A stretch of DNA of 64,000 bases from a phage, in sequence record PZ452584.1; one strand, given 5' to 3'. Below the pieces are notes generated by a model. That model was not told where the DNA came from. It did no database searches and was given only the letters and a program-made list of their open reading frames with translations. Made by a program: the position numbers and the translations under genes. This document shows positions 10,157 through 20,148 of the stretch, piece by piece (within the stretch, counting starts at the first letter, position 1; the number at the start of each line of letters is the position of its first letter).

Positions 10157-10766
10157 GGTGTCTTTTCCATCCTAATTTAGCTGCTTTTGAAACTAGTTCT
10201 TTAATTTTTCCTTTTGTCCATTCAGGACCAGGAGGTTCATGACATAACATTTGCTTAACTCCGTTATTATACCATTTTTTACCTTTATTATGTGATGAAG
10301 CTTTAAATTTATTTGACCTTCCTTTTACATAACCTTCTGGAATATAAGGCAAAAAGGCAGATTTTCCTGTTAATGGATCATGTGAATGTATATTTCCTTT
10401 ACAATTATGAGAACCATATAATGGATGATTTTGTCCTTTATTATCTCTTCCAAATGAACCTTTTGGAGCAGCATATGACATATTAAAGAATAATGGATTT
10501 TTAACTGCATCATGCAATCGTTGATAATATAACTCGCATTTAATAGCTTCTTCACGCGTATCAAATTCAGCTAAAATGCATGAATCAAATAAGTGAGGAT
10601 TATCTGAAAGCTCTTTATTATAAATTTTCTTATACTTTTTAGATAAAACTGAACCATGATATCCAGCTAAATGCCTATCTAAAGACGTAGATCCAATATA
10701 AAAAGGAGGAAGTTTATCTCCACTATATATATTGTTAAATAAGTTATATATTTTTTCATATATCAA
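10134..10766 (-). mobile_element. putative GIY-YIG (Seg-like) homing endonuclease-like ORF
   Basis: 210 aa; N-terminus KIYNLFNNIYSGDKLPPFYIGSTSLDRH fits GIY-x10-YIG-R pattern, similar layout to SegB in this window; overlaps gp47 start by 23 nt. Confidence 0.45.
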
Positions 10767-10922
10767 GAACCGTCATTGAAATGCAAAATAAAATTATTGA
10801 AATAAACCCATCTGGTGTGCTAAAGAACCCAATCCAACATGCTTTAGTGAATAGATAAAATGCAAGAAAAAGTATCACATATCCAAGAAATATCATTATA
10901 TCAAACTCCGTATAAAGCTAAA

Positions 10923-10934
10923 GGGCCGAAGCCC
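10923..10934 (-). terminator. C(UUCG)G tetraloop hairpin after a-gt
   Basis: GGGC-UUCG-GCCC immediately 3' of a-gt stop. Confidence 0.45.
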
Positions 10935-10935
10935 T

Positions 10936-12138
10936 TTATTTTGTAATAATGTCAAACTGTTCTTTAAAGCAGAAGCTTGAATCTTGATGCTGATACAAAA
11001 ATTCATAAGCTTTTTCACGTTCACGGTCATAAAGAGCTCGGTCAGATGACAGTTCTTTAATACGTTCAAATGTTGATTCCATGTCATTTTCATCAAACCA
11101 AACGATACCGCTATCATGTGAAATTAACGGAGTATTATCAACACGGAATTTTAAATTTTCGCCAGTAGATTTCCAAAATACCGGAATTGTTCCACATGCA
11201 CCAAGCTCGAGATGAGTATATTCTAAAGAACGTTGTAGATATTTTTTATCCAACTTACTCAACTGATAACCAAAACCGGATTTACTCATACGTTCAAGCA
11301 TTTCGCTATTTACATAACGGTCAAGAATTTGCGTTGGTAAATTAGGAGCAATTTTAATTTGGTCTACTTGATGAAGACGATAATACTCGTATGGAATTCC
11401 TTTTTCTTTAATAGGAATGAACGCTGGAGAACGTTCCAGACCTTCCATAATAGTACTTAGTCCTGCAGGTTTAAGATGTTTTTCGTGAAAATCAAACATC
11501 TGATAAAAACCTTTCCATGTAGTCGTACGACCAATCCAACGGTTGATATTCATGTTAATTTCAGAAACATCTTTCCAGTAGGTTGATCGAACCTTCGCAA
11601 TATCCATAGGAGGCTGAAAGTTGTATACGGTCGGTGCTTCTTCAATGTCATCAAACAGAGAAACTGTTTCAGGATACCATTCTTTCATCAGAACTTTATT
11701 AAAATCGCCATTATCAGAATGACTAAAAATAACATCAGCTCGACGAACAGTTTCTTCTAATCCCAAATTTCGACGCAAAGAAAGAGAAGAATGGTCATGC
11801 TGATAAACTACAACACGAACCGAAGGTTTAATGTTATCAATAATTTTTTTATAGTTATTAATAGTGTCTTCTTCAACTGAAGTAGCAGGAACTGAATTGA
11901 TAATTAGAATATCACAATCATTTACCAGCTTAAGTGTTTTATCGTATTCTTTTGCCAATAAAACCGGAATTGAAAATGATTTATAATCATGTGCACAGTT
12001 ACGAGTAAATGATTTATCTTTAGCATAAACCAAAGTTACTTCATGACCATTTTTAATAAACCAATCACGTTGCTCAAGAGAAAATTTAGTTACACCACAA
12101 CCTTCAAGACCTCGAGCCATAAAAATACATACTTTCAT
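10936..12138 (-). CDS. a-gt: DNA alpha-glucosyltransferase
   Basis: 400 aa, MKVCIFMARGLEGCGVTKFSLEQRDWFIKNGHEVTLVYAKDKSF..., matches T4 AGT as recalled. Confidence 0.95.
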   Translation of the reverse strand: MKVCIFMARGLEGCGVTKFSLEQRDWFIKNGHEVTLVYAKDKSFTRNCAHDYKSFSIPVLLAKEYDKTLKLVNDCDILIINSVPATSVEEDTINNYKKIIDNIKPSVRVVVYQHDHSSLSLRRNLGLEETVRRADVIFSHSDNGDFNKVLMKEWYPETVSLFDDIEEAPTVYNFQPPMDIAKVRSTYWKDVSEINMNINRWIGRTTTWKGFYQMFDFHEKHLKPAGLSTIMEGLERSPAFIPIKEKGIPYEYYRLHQVDQIKIAPNLPTQILDRYVNSEMLERMSKSGFGYQLSKLDKKYLQRSLEYTHLELGACGTIPVFWKSTGENLKFRVDNTPLISHDSGIVWFDENDMESTFERIKELSSDRALYDREREKAYEFLYQHQDSSFCFKEQFDIITK

Positions 12139-12188
12139 TTAATATCCTCTTTGTTTTGGTTTATTTTACCAAAAATTTATAAAGCAAT

Positions 12189-12208
12189 ATAGGAGCCGAA
12201 GCTCCTAT
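12189..12208 (-). terminator. UUCG tetraloop hairpin
   Basis: AUAGGAGC-UUCG-GCUCCUAU on minus-sense RNA. Confidence 0.45.
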
Positions 12209-12396
12209 CCGCATAATACACCATACAAAGGCTCATTAGAGCTTCTAAATTTTATGCGCTTATATGTTATAGTTCCTTCTGCTTTAGCTTTATCATGAGA
12301 CTCTTTAAAGCGTCTCATCATTTCCTCTTTAGAGGAACGAATTTTATTATAATCTATTTCAGAAGTCTGGTGTTCATCTTTCACAGTTGCCACCAT
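12205..12396 (-). CDS. hypothetical protein
   Basis: 63-aa ORF in a-gt/55 intergenic cluster, same strand, tight packing. Confidence 0.35.
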   Translation of the reverse strand: MVATVKDEHQTSEIDYNKIRSSKEEMMRRFKESHDKAKAEGTITYKRIKFRSSNEPLYGVLCG

Positions 12397-12587
12397 TTTT
12401 TGACTTGATAAGAATCAACCCACACTTTCATATTAGGGTCTGCTCTTACAATAGGAGGATTAACTTCTTTAATTGAACTATCATGGTATTCTTTTTCAGA
12501 AATTTTCACACAAAGATGACCATTCAAAGATTCAGTAAATCCTGCATTAATTTTAAGACGCTTGAATTTTACGTGTGTAAGCATCAA
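12381..12587 (-). CDS. hypothetical protein
   Basis: 68-aa ORF, same strand, overlapping neighbours. Confidence 0.35.
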   Translation of the reverse strand: MMLTHVKFKRLKINAGFTESLNGHLCVKISEKEYHDSSIKEVNPPIVRADPNMKVWVDSYQVKKWWQL

Positions 12588-12870
12588 TCATATCCTCAAT
12601 TTGCGATCTAGTAGTCTTCCAAAGAATACTAATGAGTTCATCGTTATATGGCTGTTTTAGAATATCCCGACTTTTCTTGATAGCATATTCGTATTGAGCA
12701 AAATTATTATTTTCAGCTGCGATCTGAGCGTGCTTATAAAGACGATTCAGTTCGCGTTTGTTTTTAGACAATAACTTGTTTGCTTTTCTTTCTGCTTCAA
12801 GACGGTTCTTTTCTTCAATAGAAGAAATAAGCTTTTCCACTTCATCATTAATTTCGGGTTTATCAGTCAT
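12553..12870 (-). CDS. hypothetical protein
   Basis: 105-aa ORF, charged helical protein. Confidence 0.4.
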   Translation of the reverse strand: MTDKPEINDEVEKLISSIEEKNRLEAERKANKLLSKNKRELNRLYKHAQIAAENNNFAQYEYAIKKSRDILKQPYNDELISILWKTTRSQIEDMIDAYTRKIQAS

Positions 12871-12871
12871 A

Positions 12872-13090
12872 TTATTTCTCTAATATAAAATAAAAATCAT
12901 CATCTGTTAAATGATACCGATAGTTTAATTCTACACCATTAGATTTAAAAGCGGTATCATACGGATTTTCTGGATCAATATCAATGTCAAGAGCTAAAAC
13001 TTCCCTGAGATACATTTTAAGTAAATAGGGAATAGCTTCAACTTCAGGTATTTCTTCCAAGAATCCGGAGAGGTTAATCGTTAGCCTCAT
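12872..13090 (-). CDS. hypothetical protein
   Basis: 72-aa ORF immediately downstream of gene 55. Confidence 0.4.
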
Positions 13091-13631
13091 ATAAAAAATC
13101 CAAACTAGGAGAATCGTCTACAACACTTTTCTTTTCAGCCCCCGGTGTTCTATAGGTTGATTCTTCGTAATGCGTCATTTTATCGTAGATGTCTTGAATA
13201 AAAGTTTCATCTACTAACGCAACCATATCGTCGTCACGGCTGTCATAGACATTGTGAACGAAGTAACTATATTTCTTTGCAACTTCCTTACGTTCTTTTT
13301 TAATACGTTGGACGAATGCATTAAAACAAGCTTGAGTTATATACGCATGTGGGTTTTTATATTTCGTTTCATCAAAATTATGAAGCCCCTTAATAGAAGC
13401 TTCTATACCATCTGCAATCATTTCTTGTTTCCAAGACTGGGTGTATCCTGAAAAGTTGAAACGTTTAGATAAGCCTTCTGCAATAAGCATAATGGCTAAT
13501 CCAATAGTATCATTCTGACGAACTACTTTATTTGGGTCTTTATTATTTGCTAATTCTGTTTTCCAATCAATAATAGCTTGTAAAAGCTCTTTATTGTTTA
13601 CGTAATTATATTTAGGCTTAGTTTCTGACAT
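13074..13631 (-). CDS. 55: late-transcription sigma factor gp55
   Basis: [32 protein letters not shown]... matches T4 gp55; start at ATG 13629-13631 (SD GAGGTG), upstream GTG in ORF track not used. Confidence 0.95.
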
Positions 13632-13713
13632 TTTCACCTCTTAGCTCAATTCATAGATCTATTATATCATAATATTTGAAGATCTATCTTAAAGCACAGA
13701 GGATGAATCAATT

Positions 13714-13929
13714 TCAAGCATTCATCAGCTTAGCTGCTCCAAGAGCTGCATCTAGTGAATCAAATTGGTCAACATATTCAATCAATTCGCCGTAATTAGC
13801 ATATAACCACCATTGGCTAAATTCATACTCAAGGATGAATCCGTTTCCTTCAATTTGAGTTAAACCAATGCCATTTGTATTTACTTCATATCCAGCAAGA
13901 CGCAAATCGTTAATAAGAGCTTCGTTCAT
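13714..13929 (-). CDS. hypothetical protein
   Basis: 71-aa ORF upstream of 55. Confidence 0.4.
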   Translation of the reverse strand: MNEALINDLRLAGYEVNTNGIGLTQIEGNGFILEYEFSQWWLYANYGELIEYVDQFDSLDAALGAAKLMNA

Positions 13930-13931
13930 AA

Positions 13932-14258
13932 TTATACCTTAGTAATTTTCAGGTCTGCAAATTTTTTCTTGCGTTGATTTTTCATGCGACGAATAGTTTT
14001 ATCGGAAATTTCATGCTTTTGATAAGCTTTAGATTCTACACCAAAAGCTTTAACATCAAATTCTGACAAGATATATTGAACCAACAATTCACGGACAGTA
14101 TTGCGTCCAATCTTCTGATCATTCTGTTTCATCGTCTGATGAAGCTCTTTTTCCCATTTATCCAAAATTTGAGGAGTTACAATATCGCCTTTTTCTAGCA
14201 AAGAAACTACTTTATCATATGCGTAAGAATTAATGACGTTTTTAATTTGAATAGTCAT
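13932..14258 (-). CDS. hypothetical protein
   Basis: 108-aa ORF. Confidence 0.4.
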   Translation of the reverse strand: MTIQIKNVINSYAYDKVVSLLEKGDIVTPQILDKWEKELHQTMKQNDQKIGRNTVRELLVQYILSEFDVKAFGVESKAYQKHEISDKTIRRMKNQRKKKFADLKITKV

Positions 14259-14297
14259 ACATTATCCTCAATTACGTTAAAATTTTATTATCCAAAA

Positions 14298-14309
14298 GGG
14301 CCGAAGCCC
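14298..14309 (-). terminator. C(UUCG)G tetraloop hairpin
   Basis: GGGC-UUCG-GCCC. Confidence 0.45.
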
Positions 14310-14510
14310 TTAGCTAAACTTTTTGGCACCCTTCCAGCCTTCGTACATCATTGCGACTGACAATGACAAAGCTCCTTCGCATGCTGCATACTTATTATTC
14401 CAGAACCAATTTAGAAAAACTTCATCCTCAATACCATTGTGTTTCATGTTCTGGAAAAATTTGGCGCGTTCTTCAGCAATTCGCTGCGATAATTTAGATT
14501 CAGGATTCAT
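14310..14510 (-). CDS. hypothetical protein
   Basis: 66-aa ORF. Confidence 0.35.
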   Translation of the reverse strand: MNPESKLSQRIAEERAKFFQNMKHNGIEDEVFLNWFWNNKYAACEGALSLSVAMMYEGWKGAKKFS

Positions 14511-14726
14511 TTAAATTTTCCAGTTACCGTTTTCATCAATAAATTTAATCCAGTCATTTACTGACCACTTAGTTGTATCGCCTTTTGGGGCAGAATTTAA
14601 AGTGTAGAACCCTTGCTTAAAAAGCCAGCGTTTGATATTCATATTTTCCTCAGCTGTAACGATAACACTCGTTTGATTTACGTTTAGCAACTCGTTGAGA
14701 AGTATTATAATCAAAATCATCATCAA
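14511..14726 (-). CDS. hypothetical protein
   Basis: 71-aa ORF. Confidence 0.3.
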   Translation of the reverse strand: MMMILIIILLNELLNVNQTSVIVTAEENMNIKRWLFKQGFYTLNSAPKGDTTKWSVNDWIKFIDENGNWKI

Positions 14727-14988
14727 TGTAAACTGATTTTTTCAACTTTCTTACTTCACCGCGTAATTGACGATTTAACTCATCTTTAACTTCTGAATCA
14801 ATACCTTTCATTCTACGCCATTTATCTGAGCGAAAAATGTTTTTAACCATATCTTTATGACTTACACCATCAGGAGCTTTACGCTTTCCGAAATAGTCAT
14901 AATCACGCACTTTTAAGTCTTTACGACGATACGTTTTACCCATGGAGTTTAATTTCCTTAGCAACTGAACTAAATACAGCACGGTCAC
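14650..14988 (-). CDS. hypothetical basic protein
   Basis: 112-aa ORF, Lys/Arg-rich; true start may be internal. Confidence 0.3.
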   Translation of the reverse strand: MTVLYLVQLLRKLNSMGKTYRRKDLKVRDYDYFGKRKAPDGVSHKDMVKNIFRSDKWRRMKGIDSEVKDELNRQLRGEVRKLKKSVYIDDDFDYNTSQRVAKRKSNECYRYS

Positions 14989-15118
14989 AAATCATCTGTT
15001 TATGTAACTTAAGTATAAGATAATAAACTTCAAAACCGTTTACATAAGTAACACGAACAACATTACCATTAATAAAATAATATTGTCCCTTTTTAATTTC
15101 TTTATCAACCACAACCAT
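14936..15118 (-). CDS. hypothetical protein
   Basis: 60-aa ORF downstream of early promoter 15149-15178. Confidence 0.3.
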   Translation of the reverse strand: MVVVDKEIKKGQYYFINGNVVRVTYVNGFEVYYLILKLHKQMICDRAVFSSVAKEIKLHG

Positions 15119-15148
15119 ATCAAATCCTCAAAGGCAATTCATGTGTTA

Positions 15149-15178
15149 ATAATACCACAGTTTGAACTTCTTGTAAAC
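15149..15178 (-). promoter_or_regulatory. sigma70-type early promoter
   Basis: minus-sense GTTTAC-N18-TATTAT with A/T-rich upstream. Confidence 0.5.
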
Positions 15179-15259
15179 AACTTTGTGAAAATTATTTTAG
15201 GGAATGATAAGAAGGGAACGATAGCTTAGAATGGTAATATACAGAATGCGAGAAAGAAA

Positions 15260-15273
15260 GGCCCAGAGGGCCC
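15260..15273 (-). terminator. GC hairpin after nrdH
   Basis: GGCCC-aga-GGGCC inverted repeat 3' of nrdH stop. Confidence 0.4.
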
Positions 15274-15276
15274 GTC

Positions 15277-15585
15277 TTAATCTTCTATGATATCTCTATC
15301 ATATCCAAGTGAAATGAGAGTTTCTTTGAAGTGTTTAATGTTCTTTTGTCTAGAATCATTAATGAAAATGACCGGATAACGAATGTTAAGAGATGTGAAT
15401 CCAGCGCGTTTAGCAAGAGATACAATCAGCGGACGATCATACTCAATCTTACCGTTATTTGTAAGAACTTTATAGAAAGTAAAAGGAGCATTGAGCTCCT
15501 TTAGAAGTTTTGTAACTGATTGACATCCAGGACAACGACCTACTTCATCTGGAATTCCATAGACTTCAATCTTATTTTGTTTCAC
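15277..15585 (-). CDS. nrdH: glutaredoxin-like NrdH redoxin
   Basis: 102 aa, CPGC redox motif near N-terminus, position next to nrdG. Confidence 0.6.
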   Translation of the reverse strand: MKQNKIEVYGIPDEVGRCPGCQSVTKLLKELNAPFTFYKVLTNNGKIEYDRPLIVSLAKRAGFTSLNIRYPVIFINDSRQKNIKHFKETLISLGYDRDIIED

Positions 15586-15587
15586 AA

Positions 15588-15800
15588 CTATTCCTTACTA
15601 AGAGCAGCATTCAGCTTGTTAGTAATTTTATCCAGACGCTCATTGAACTCACTAGAAGATAAGCCCTTTTCTGGAGAAATCAAACTAATTACGAAAAATA
15701 TAACAATAAAAGGAATAAGGAAAATAGCTCCAACTGCCATGAACAAAAAGAATGTTACAGTTGTAAGAAAATCAGCTAAACCTTTACGAAATTTATACAT
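15588..15800 (-). CDS. small membrane protein
   Basis: 70 aa, one strong hydrophobic helix (FFLFMAVGAIFLIPFIVIFFVISL). Confidence 0.4.
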   Translation of the reverse strand: MYKFRKGLADFLTTVTFFLFMAVGAIFLIPFIVIFFVISLISPEKGLSSSEFNERLDKITNKLNAALSKE

Positions 15801-15915
15801 ATTTTACCCTTAATTGATTAACCAAGCATTGATAAGCACTAAACTATATTGCGAATAAAATTCTGGACCAAAATGAAAAATCATATCATTTATAGTATCC
15901 ATAATGTAATTCAAT

Positions 15916-16386
15916 TTAATCATGTTTCCACACCCCATCGGTATTTGACCAAAGTCGCTGATTATCTGATCCTCGCCACAGCTTTTTGGTCGGAAGATTT
16001 TTCTCATACTTCCCATCAATAATAACATCAACATATTTAAGCATTTCTAGTTGTTTAATATCTTCAAACTTATATCCTGTCCACAACCAAATGCTTTTAT
16101 TGGGATAAAGATTTTTTACTGTTTGAACAATGCAATGAATAACATCTCGATTGTCAGGATAAAGAGGGTCACCTCCGGTTATAGTTAATCCTTCTATATA
16201 ATCATTATTCAAACATTCAATTAATTGTTCTAGTGTTTCACCAGTGAATGGAATACCATTTCTAGCATTCCATGTTGATTTATTATAACACCCTTCGCAT
16301 TTATGCAAACAACCTGTAACGAAAAGAACTGTCCTGCATCCAGGACCATTAACAAAGCAGCACGGGTATATTCTGTCATAATTCAT
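15916..16386 (-). CDS. nrdG: anaerobic ribonucleotide reductase activase NrdG (radical SAM)
   Basis: 156 aa; CLHKCEGC radical-SAM cysteine motif; follows nrdD. Confidence 0.9.
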   Translation of the reverse strand: MNYDRIYPCCFVNGPGCRTVLFVTGCLHKCEGCYNKSTWNARNGIPFTGETLEQLIECLNNDYIEGLTITGGDPLYPDNRDVIHCIVQTVKNLYPNKSIWLWTGYKFEDIKQLEMLKYVDVIIDGKYEKNLPTKKLWRGSDNQRLWSNTDGVWKHD

Positions 16387-17215
16387 TTATATATTTCCAA
16401 TTATAGCCTTCAACACTTTTACGTTCGCCATTTAAACATTTTAAAATATTTCCTTTGCTAGAAATATTAAAATATTTTGCTGCGTCTGGTATATAATTAA
16501 ATGTTTTTAAAAGAACACCATCTTTATATGCGCCAAATAAATTAAGAGTATATTTTTCTCGAAGACGCTGATGTTTCCTTTTCATAACCTCAGGATTTGC
16601 ATACGCCAACTTCAATGAATTTCTGTGTTTTTCTTTTACTTCAGGTTTTTGCATTGCTAACTTAGTTAGCCTGGAAATTTTATTTCTAACTTCGTCAGTT
16701 TTCATTGCATTTGACAAATTTAATAAAGTTTTATTTCTAACTTCAGGTTTTTGCATTGCTAACTTAGTTAGTTCTCTATGTCTTTTTCTAAAATCGTCAT
16801 CCTTCCATATATTTTTCGATAATTTTGACATAGAGCGGTGAAATAATTCCTTTTCACTGGAATACAATTTAAAAATTTCATCCAATTCATCCGCATTAAA
16901 TCTATCGGTATTCGAGTTTATCATTCTATGAAAGGCATAACACATTTTACTATTGCTTGTTTTAGCTAAATAGTAATGAGCTAACGCATGGTCATAATAT
17001 GACAAATTAACAATATTCCATTTATCTGTTTTATATTCAGGAAATATAGATTTGGGAAGCACGTGATGTGCTTCCGTTTTTCCTTTTATTTTAGGATTAT
17101 TATAATTTTTTGTTATCAAATCAACATATGACAATAGTAAATCATTATTTTCTTCAAATATTAAAGCTAATTTATCATTCACAAAATCGCAAGGATAAAA
17201 TCTATCATAATTCAT
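16376..17215 (-). mobile_element. mobC: HNH homing endonuclease (MobC-like) inserted between nrdD and nrdG
   Basis: 279 aa with KTEAHHVLPKSIFPEY...NLSYYDHALAH HNH core; first 14 codons MNYDRFYPCDFVND copy the nrdG N-terminus; start overlaps nrdD stop (ATGA), stop overlaps nrdG start. Confidence 0.8.
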
Positions 17216-19029
17216 TGGTGTTTAACCCTATGCATGATTTCTTTATTTTTACCGAGATTAAATCCGCGTTCGTTCGGGTTTCCAAGATATCCGCATGTTC
17301 TTCTTATTGTATTCATCTTTTTAGGATCAGTTTCTCCACAAATAGAACAAACAAATCCGTTTTCAGTAGGAGTCATTTCATGGGTACTTCCACATGTAAA
17401 ACATTTATCTACTGGCATATTAACACCAAAATAATCTAAATGTTGTGCAGCATAATCCCATACGGCCTCAAGGCCTTTTAGGTTATTTTTCATATCAGGA
17501 AGTTCAACATAAGAAATGTGACCACCTGTCGCAATGAAATGATATGGTGCTTCACGAGAAATTTTTTCAAACGGAGTAATATTTTCTTCTACTGAAACGT
17601 GGAAACTGTTAGTGTACCATCCTTTATCAGTAACATCCTTTACACTTCCATATTTTTCGGTATCGAGTTTACAGAAGCGATAACAAAGGTTTTCAGCAGG
17701 AGTAGAATACAAACTAAAAGCAAATCCGGTTCTTTCAGTCCACTGTTTAAGATGGGCATTCATTTTAGTTAAAATTTCTTGTCCAATATCACGACCGGCA
17801 AGAATATTCAATTCGTGAATACCAATGTATCCTAGAGACACTGAACTTCTACCGTTTTTAAATAACTCAATTATGTCGTCATCAGGTTTAAGACGAACCC
17901 CGAATGCACCTTCTTGGTAAAGAATAGGAGCAACAGTAGCTTTAACTCCTTTTAAGGAACTAATTCTACACATCAAGGCTTCAAAACATAAATCCATTCG
18001 TTCATTGAACAATTCGATAAATTTCTGTTCATTGAACTGTGTTCCAATATAAGAATCTAACGCAATACGAGGAAGATTCAGTGTTACAACACCGAGATTA
18101 TTACGTCCATCAAGAATTTCATTGCCAGTCGAATCTTTCCATACGCTCAAGAAACTACGACAACCCATTGGAGAAACAGGAATAGATGAGCCGGTGATAG
18201 CTTTATTGTTCTTAGCTGAAATAATATCAGGATACATTCTTTTGCTTGCGCACTCTAGAGCAAGCTGTTTAATATCATAGTTCGGATCGTCTTTATAAAG
18301 ATTAACACCTTCTTCAACGAACATAACAAGCTTAGGGAAAATAGGAGTTATCCCATCACGACCGAGACCTTTAATACGATTTTTCAGAATTGCTTTCTGA
18401 ATCATTCGTTCAGTCCAGTCAGTTCCTGTACCAAATGTAATTGTTACAAAAGGTGTTTGTCCGTTTGAACTAAAGAGAGTATTTACTTCATATTCATAAG
18501 CTTGGAATGCATCGTATACGTCTTTTTCTGTTTTAGATTGGGCATAATTCAGTGCATCGGCGATTTGCCATTTTTCTGCGTCCTCGATATGTTTTGCATA
18601 GGTGCGTTTAACATAAGGAGAAAGTACTTTATCTACATTCGCAAAAGTCGTTCCGCCGTATTGGTGAGAAGCAACCTGTGCGGTAATTTGTGCCATAATT
18701 GCAGTAGCAACGCCAATTGATTTAGGAGTTTCAATCTGCGCATTACCAAGCTTAAATCCGTTCTCAAGCATTCCTTTTAAATCTACTAAACAGCAATTAG
18801 TAAATGGAAGAGCAGGGGAATAATCAATATCATGAAAATGAATAATTCCGCTTTCATGCGCTTTCATAATAAAAGACGGGACCATATTTTTGGCAATGTG
18901 TTTAGACACAATACCAGCCATAAGGTCCCGTTGAGTTGGAAAAACACGAGAATCTTTGTTAGCATTCTCGTTTAAAAGGTCTTTATTAGTTTTATGAATC
19001 AATCCTTCAATTTCTTTTTCAATTGTCAT
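17212..19029 (-). CDS. nrdD: anaerobic ribonucleotide reductase NrdD (glycyl radical enzyme), uninterrupted
   Basis: 605-aa continuous ORF ending with glycyl-radical motif RRTCGYLG and C-terminal Cys cluster; no intron in this phage. Confidence 0.95.
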   Translation of the reverse strand: MTIEKEIEGLIHKTNKDLLNENANKDSRVFPTQRDLMAGIVSKHIAKNMVPSFIMKAHESGIIHFHDIDYSPALPFTNCCLVDLKGMLENGFKLGNAQIETPKSIGVATAIMAQITAQVASHQYGGTTFANVDKVLSPYVKRTYAKHIEDAEKWQIADALNYAQSKTEKDVYDAFQAYEYEVNTLFSSNGQTPFVTITFGTGTDWTERMIQKAILKNRIKGLGRDGITPIFPKLVMFVEEGVNLYKDDPNYDIKQLALECASKRMYPDIISAKNNKAITGSSIPVSPMGCRSFLSVWKDSTGNEILDGRNNLGVVTLNLPRIALDSYIGTQFNEQKFIELFNERMDLCFEALMCRISSLKGVKATVAPILYQEGAFGVRLKPDDDIIELFKNGRSSVSLGYIGIHELNILAGRDIGQEILTKMNAHLKQWTERTGFAFSLYSTPAENLCYRFCKLDTEKYGSVKDVTDKGWYTNSFHVSVEENITPFEKISREAPYHFIATGGHISYVELPDMKNNLKGLEAVWDYAAQHLDYFGVNMPVDKCFTCGSTHEMTPTENGFVCSICGETDPKKMNTIRRTCGYLGNPNERGFNLGKNKEIMHRVKHQ

Positions 19030-19499
19030 TTTAAACTCTTTCTAAGCTGCTTCTTAAATGAAGCTATTAATTGTGTTTTGGTGTCAGATTCATTATATTC
19101 AAATCCTCTTTGAAGCATCTCGGCCATCATTTCCTCTTTTCCTAAACGAGAAAATTCCTTTGATTTATCTCCAACAAAGTTAGGGTGAATATTATTTTGG
19201 GTGTAATCGGATTTTAAATAAGTAAGTAAATTTTCTAACCATTCAAGATAATCAACACCTTGTCCCTTTAAGCCAGAACGATTAAATTTATGCTTCATTT
19301 GACCTTCTGCGGCATTGCAGAGATTACAAAGCAATCCACGCACCTTTCCTGCTTTTGGTCCATTTAATTCATGGTCATGGTCGAGGTGATTAGCTTGAAC
19401 GTCAGGATTTAGTTCTCGTTGGCAAATTAAGCATTTACCGTTTTGTGCATCATAAAATTTCTGTTTTTCTTCTTTATATAATTTGCCAGTCAATAACAT
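19026..19499 (-). CDS. 49: endonuclease VII (Holliday junction resolvase) gp49
   Basis: 157 aa, CxxC...H-N-H-like zinc site (CLICQRELNPDVQANHLDHDHELNG), matches T4 endo VII. Confidence 0.9.
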   Translation of the reverse strand: MLLTGKLYKEEKQKFYDAQNGKCLICQRELNPDVQANHLDHDHELNGPKAGKVRGLLCNLCNAAEGQMKHKFNRSGLKGQGVDYLEWLENLLTYLKSDYTQNNIHPNFVGDKSKEFSRLGKEEMMAEMLQRGFEYNESDTKTQLIASFKKQLRKSLK

Positions 19500-19540
19500 A
19501 ATAAACCCTTACCTTAAATAGATAAGGGTATTTATTATTT

Positions 19541-20026
19541 TCAAGTATTGTAAAACATTTGATTCAATCGCTTATATTGCCGAATCTTTTGGTCAGAAAA
19601 AGAAATTTGAGTTTCAAGCCATTCAATATATTCTGCCGCAGCTTGCATCAAATTTCCTTCATAACCATCGTTATTTTCTTGTGCAGCTAATTTAGCTAAT
19701 GCATATGAAATACGTTCACCTTGAAAATCGGCTTTAGGCTTCTGAACAACTTGATTAGTTCGCTCTACAACTTCTTCAATTTCGCCATTTTCGACTGATT
19801 CAGTATTCCACAAGCACCAATACGTAATTGGCTTATCGTAGATGTTAATAATCTTTCCATCAGAAAGTTCAATTTCAATAATTCCAGTATCAGGCTCTAT
19901 ATCATCTTCACATTCTTTTGCAAGTTCACGAACTTTAAAGACAGTACCTGCACTAAGTTCCGGCCAGTAATTACATAGCCCTGTATCAGCACGATTAATT
20001 CTAAACCACTTATCTACTGTAATCAT
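19541..20026 (-). CDS. hypothetical protein at T4 pin position (161 aa from ATG 20024-20026)
   Basis: ORF with SD GGAG before internal ATG; upstream TTG of ORF track not used; assignment to Pin is by position/length only. Confidence 0.45.
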   Translation of the reverse strand: MITVDKWFRINRADTGLCNYWPELSAGTVFKVRELAKECEDDIEPDTGIIEIELSDGKIINIYDKPITYWCLWNTESVENGEIEEVVERTNQVVQKPKADFQGERISYALAKLAAQENNDGYEGNLMQAAAEYIEWLETQISFSDQKIRQYKRLNQMFYNT

Positions 20027-20148
20027 GTCCCATCTCCATATCAATTAAGTCATTTATCGTTGGTTCATTATATACTGTTTCTTCATCAGTGTAAACCGGT
20101 TCTTCCGGCTCTGGCTCTACAGTTTCCCATCTAACCGCCCACCAGGGT

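Noticed and set aside
17212-19029. Group I intron in nrdD
   Set aside because: nrdD reads as one uninterrupted 605-codon frame with the glycyl-radical motif at the C-terminus; no room for an intron.
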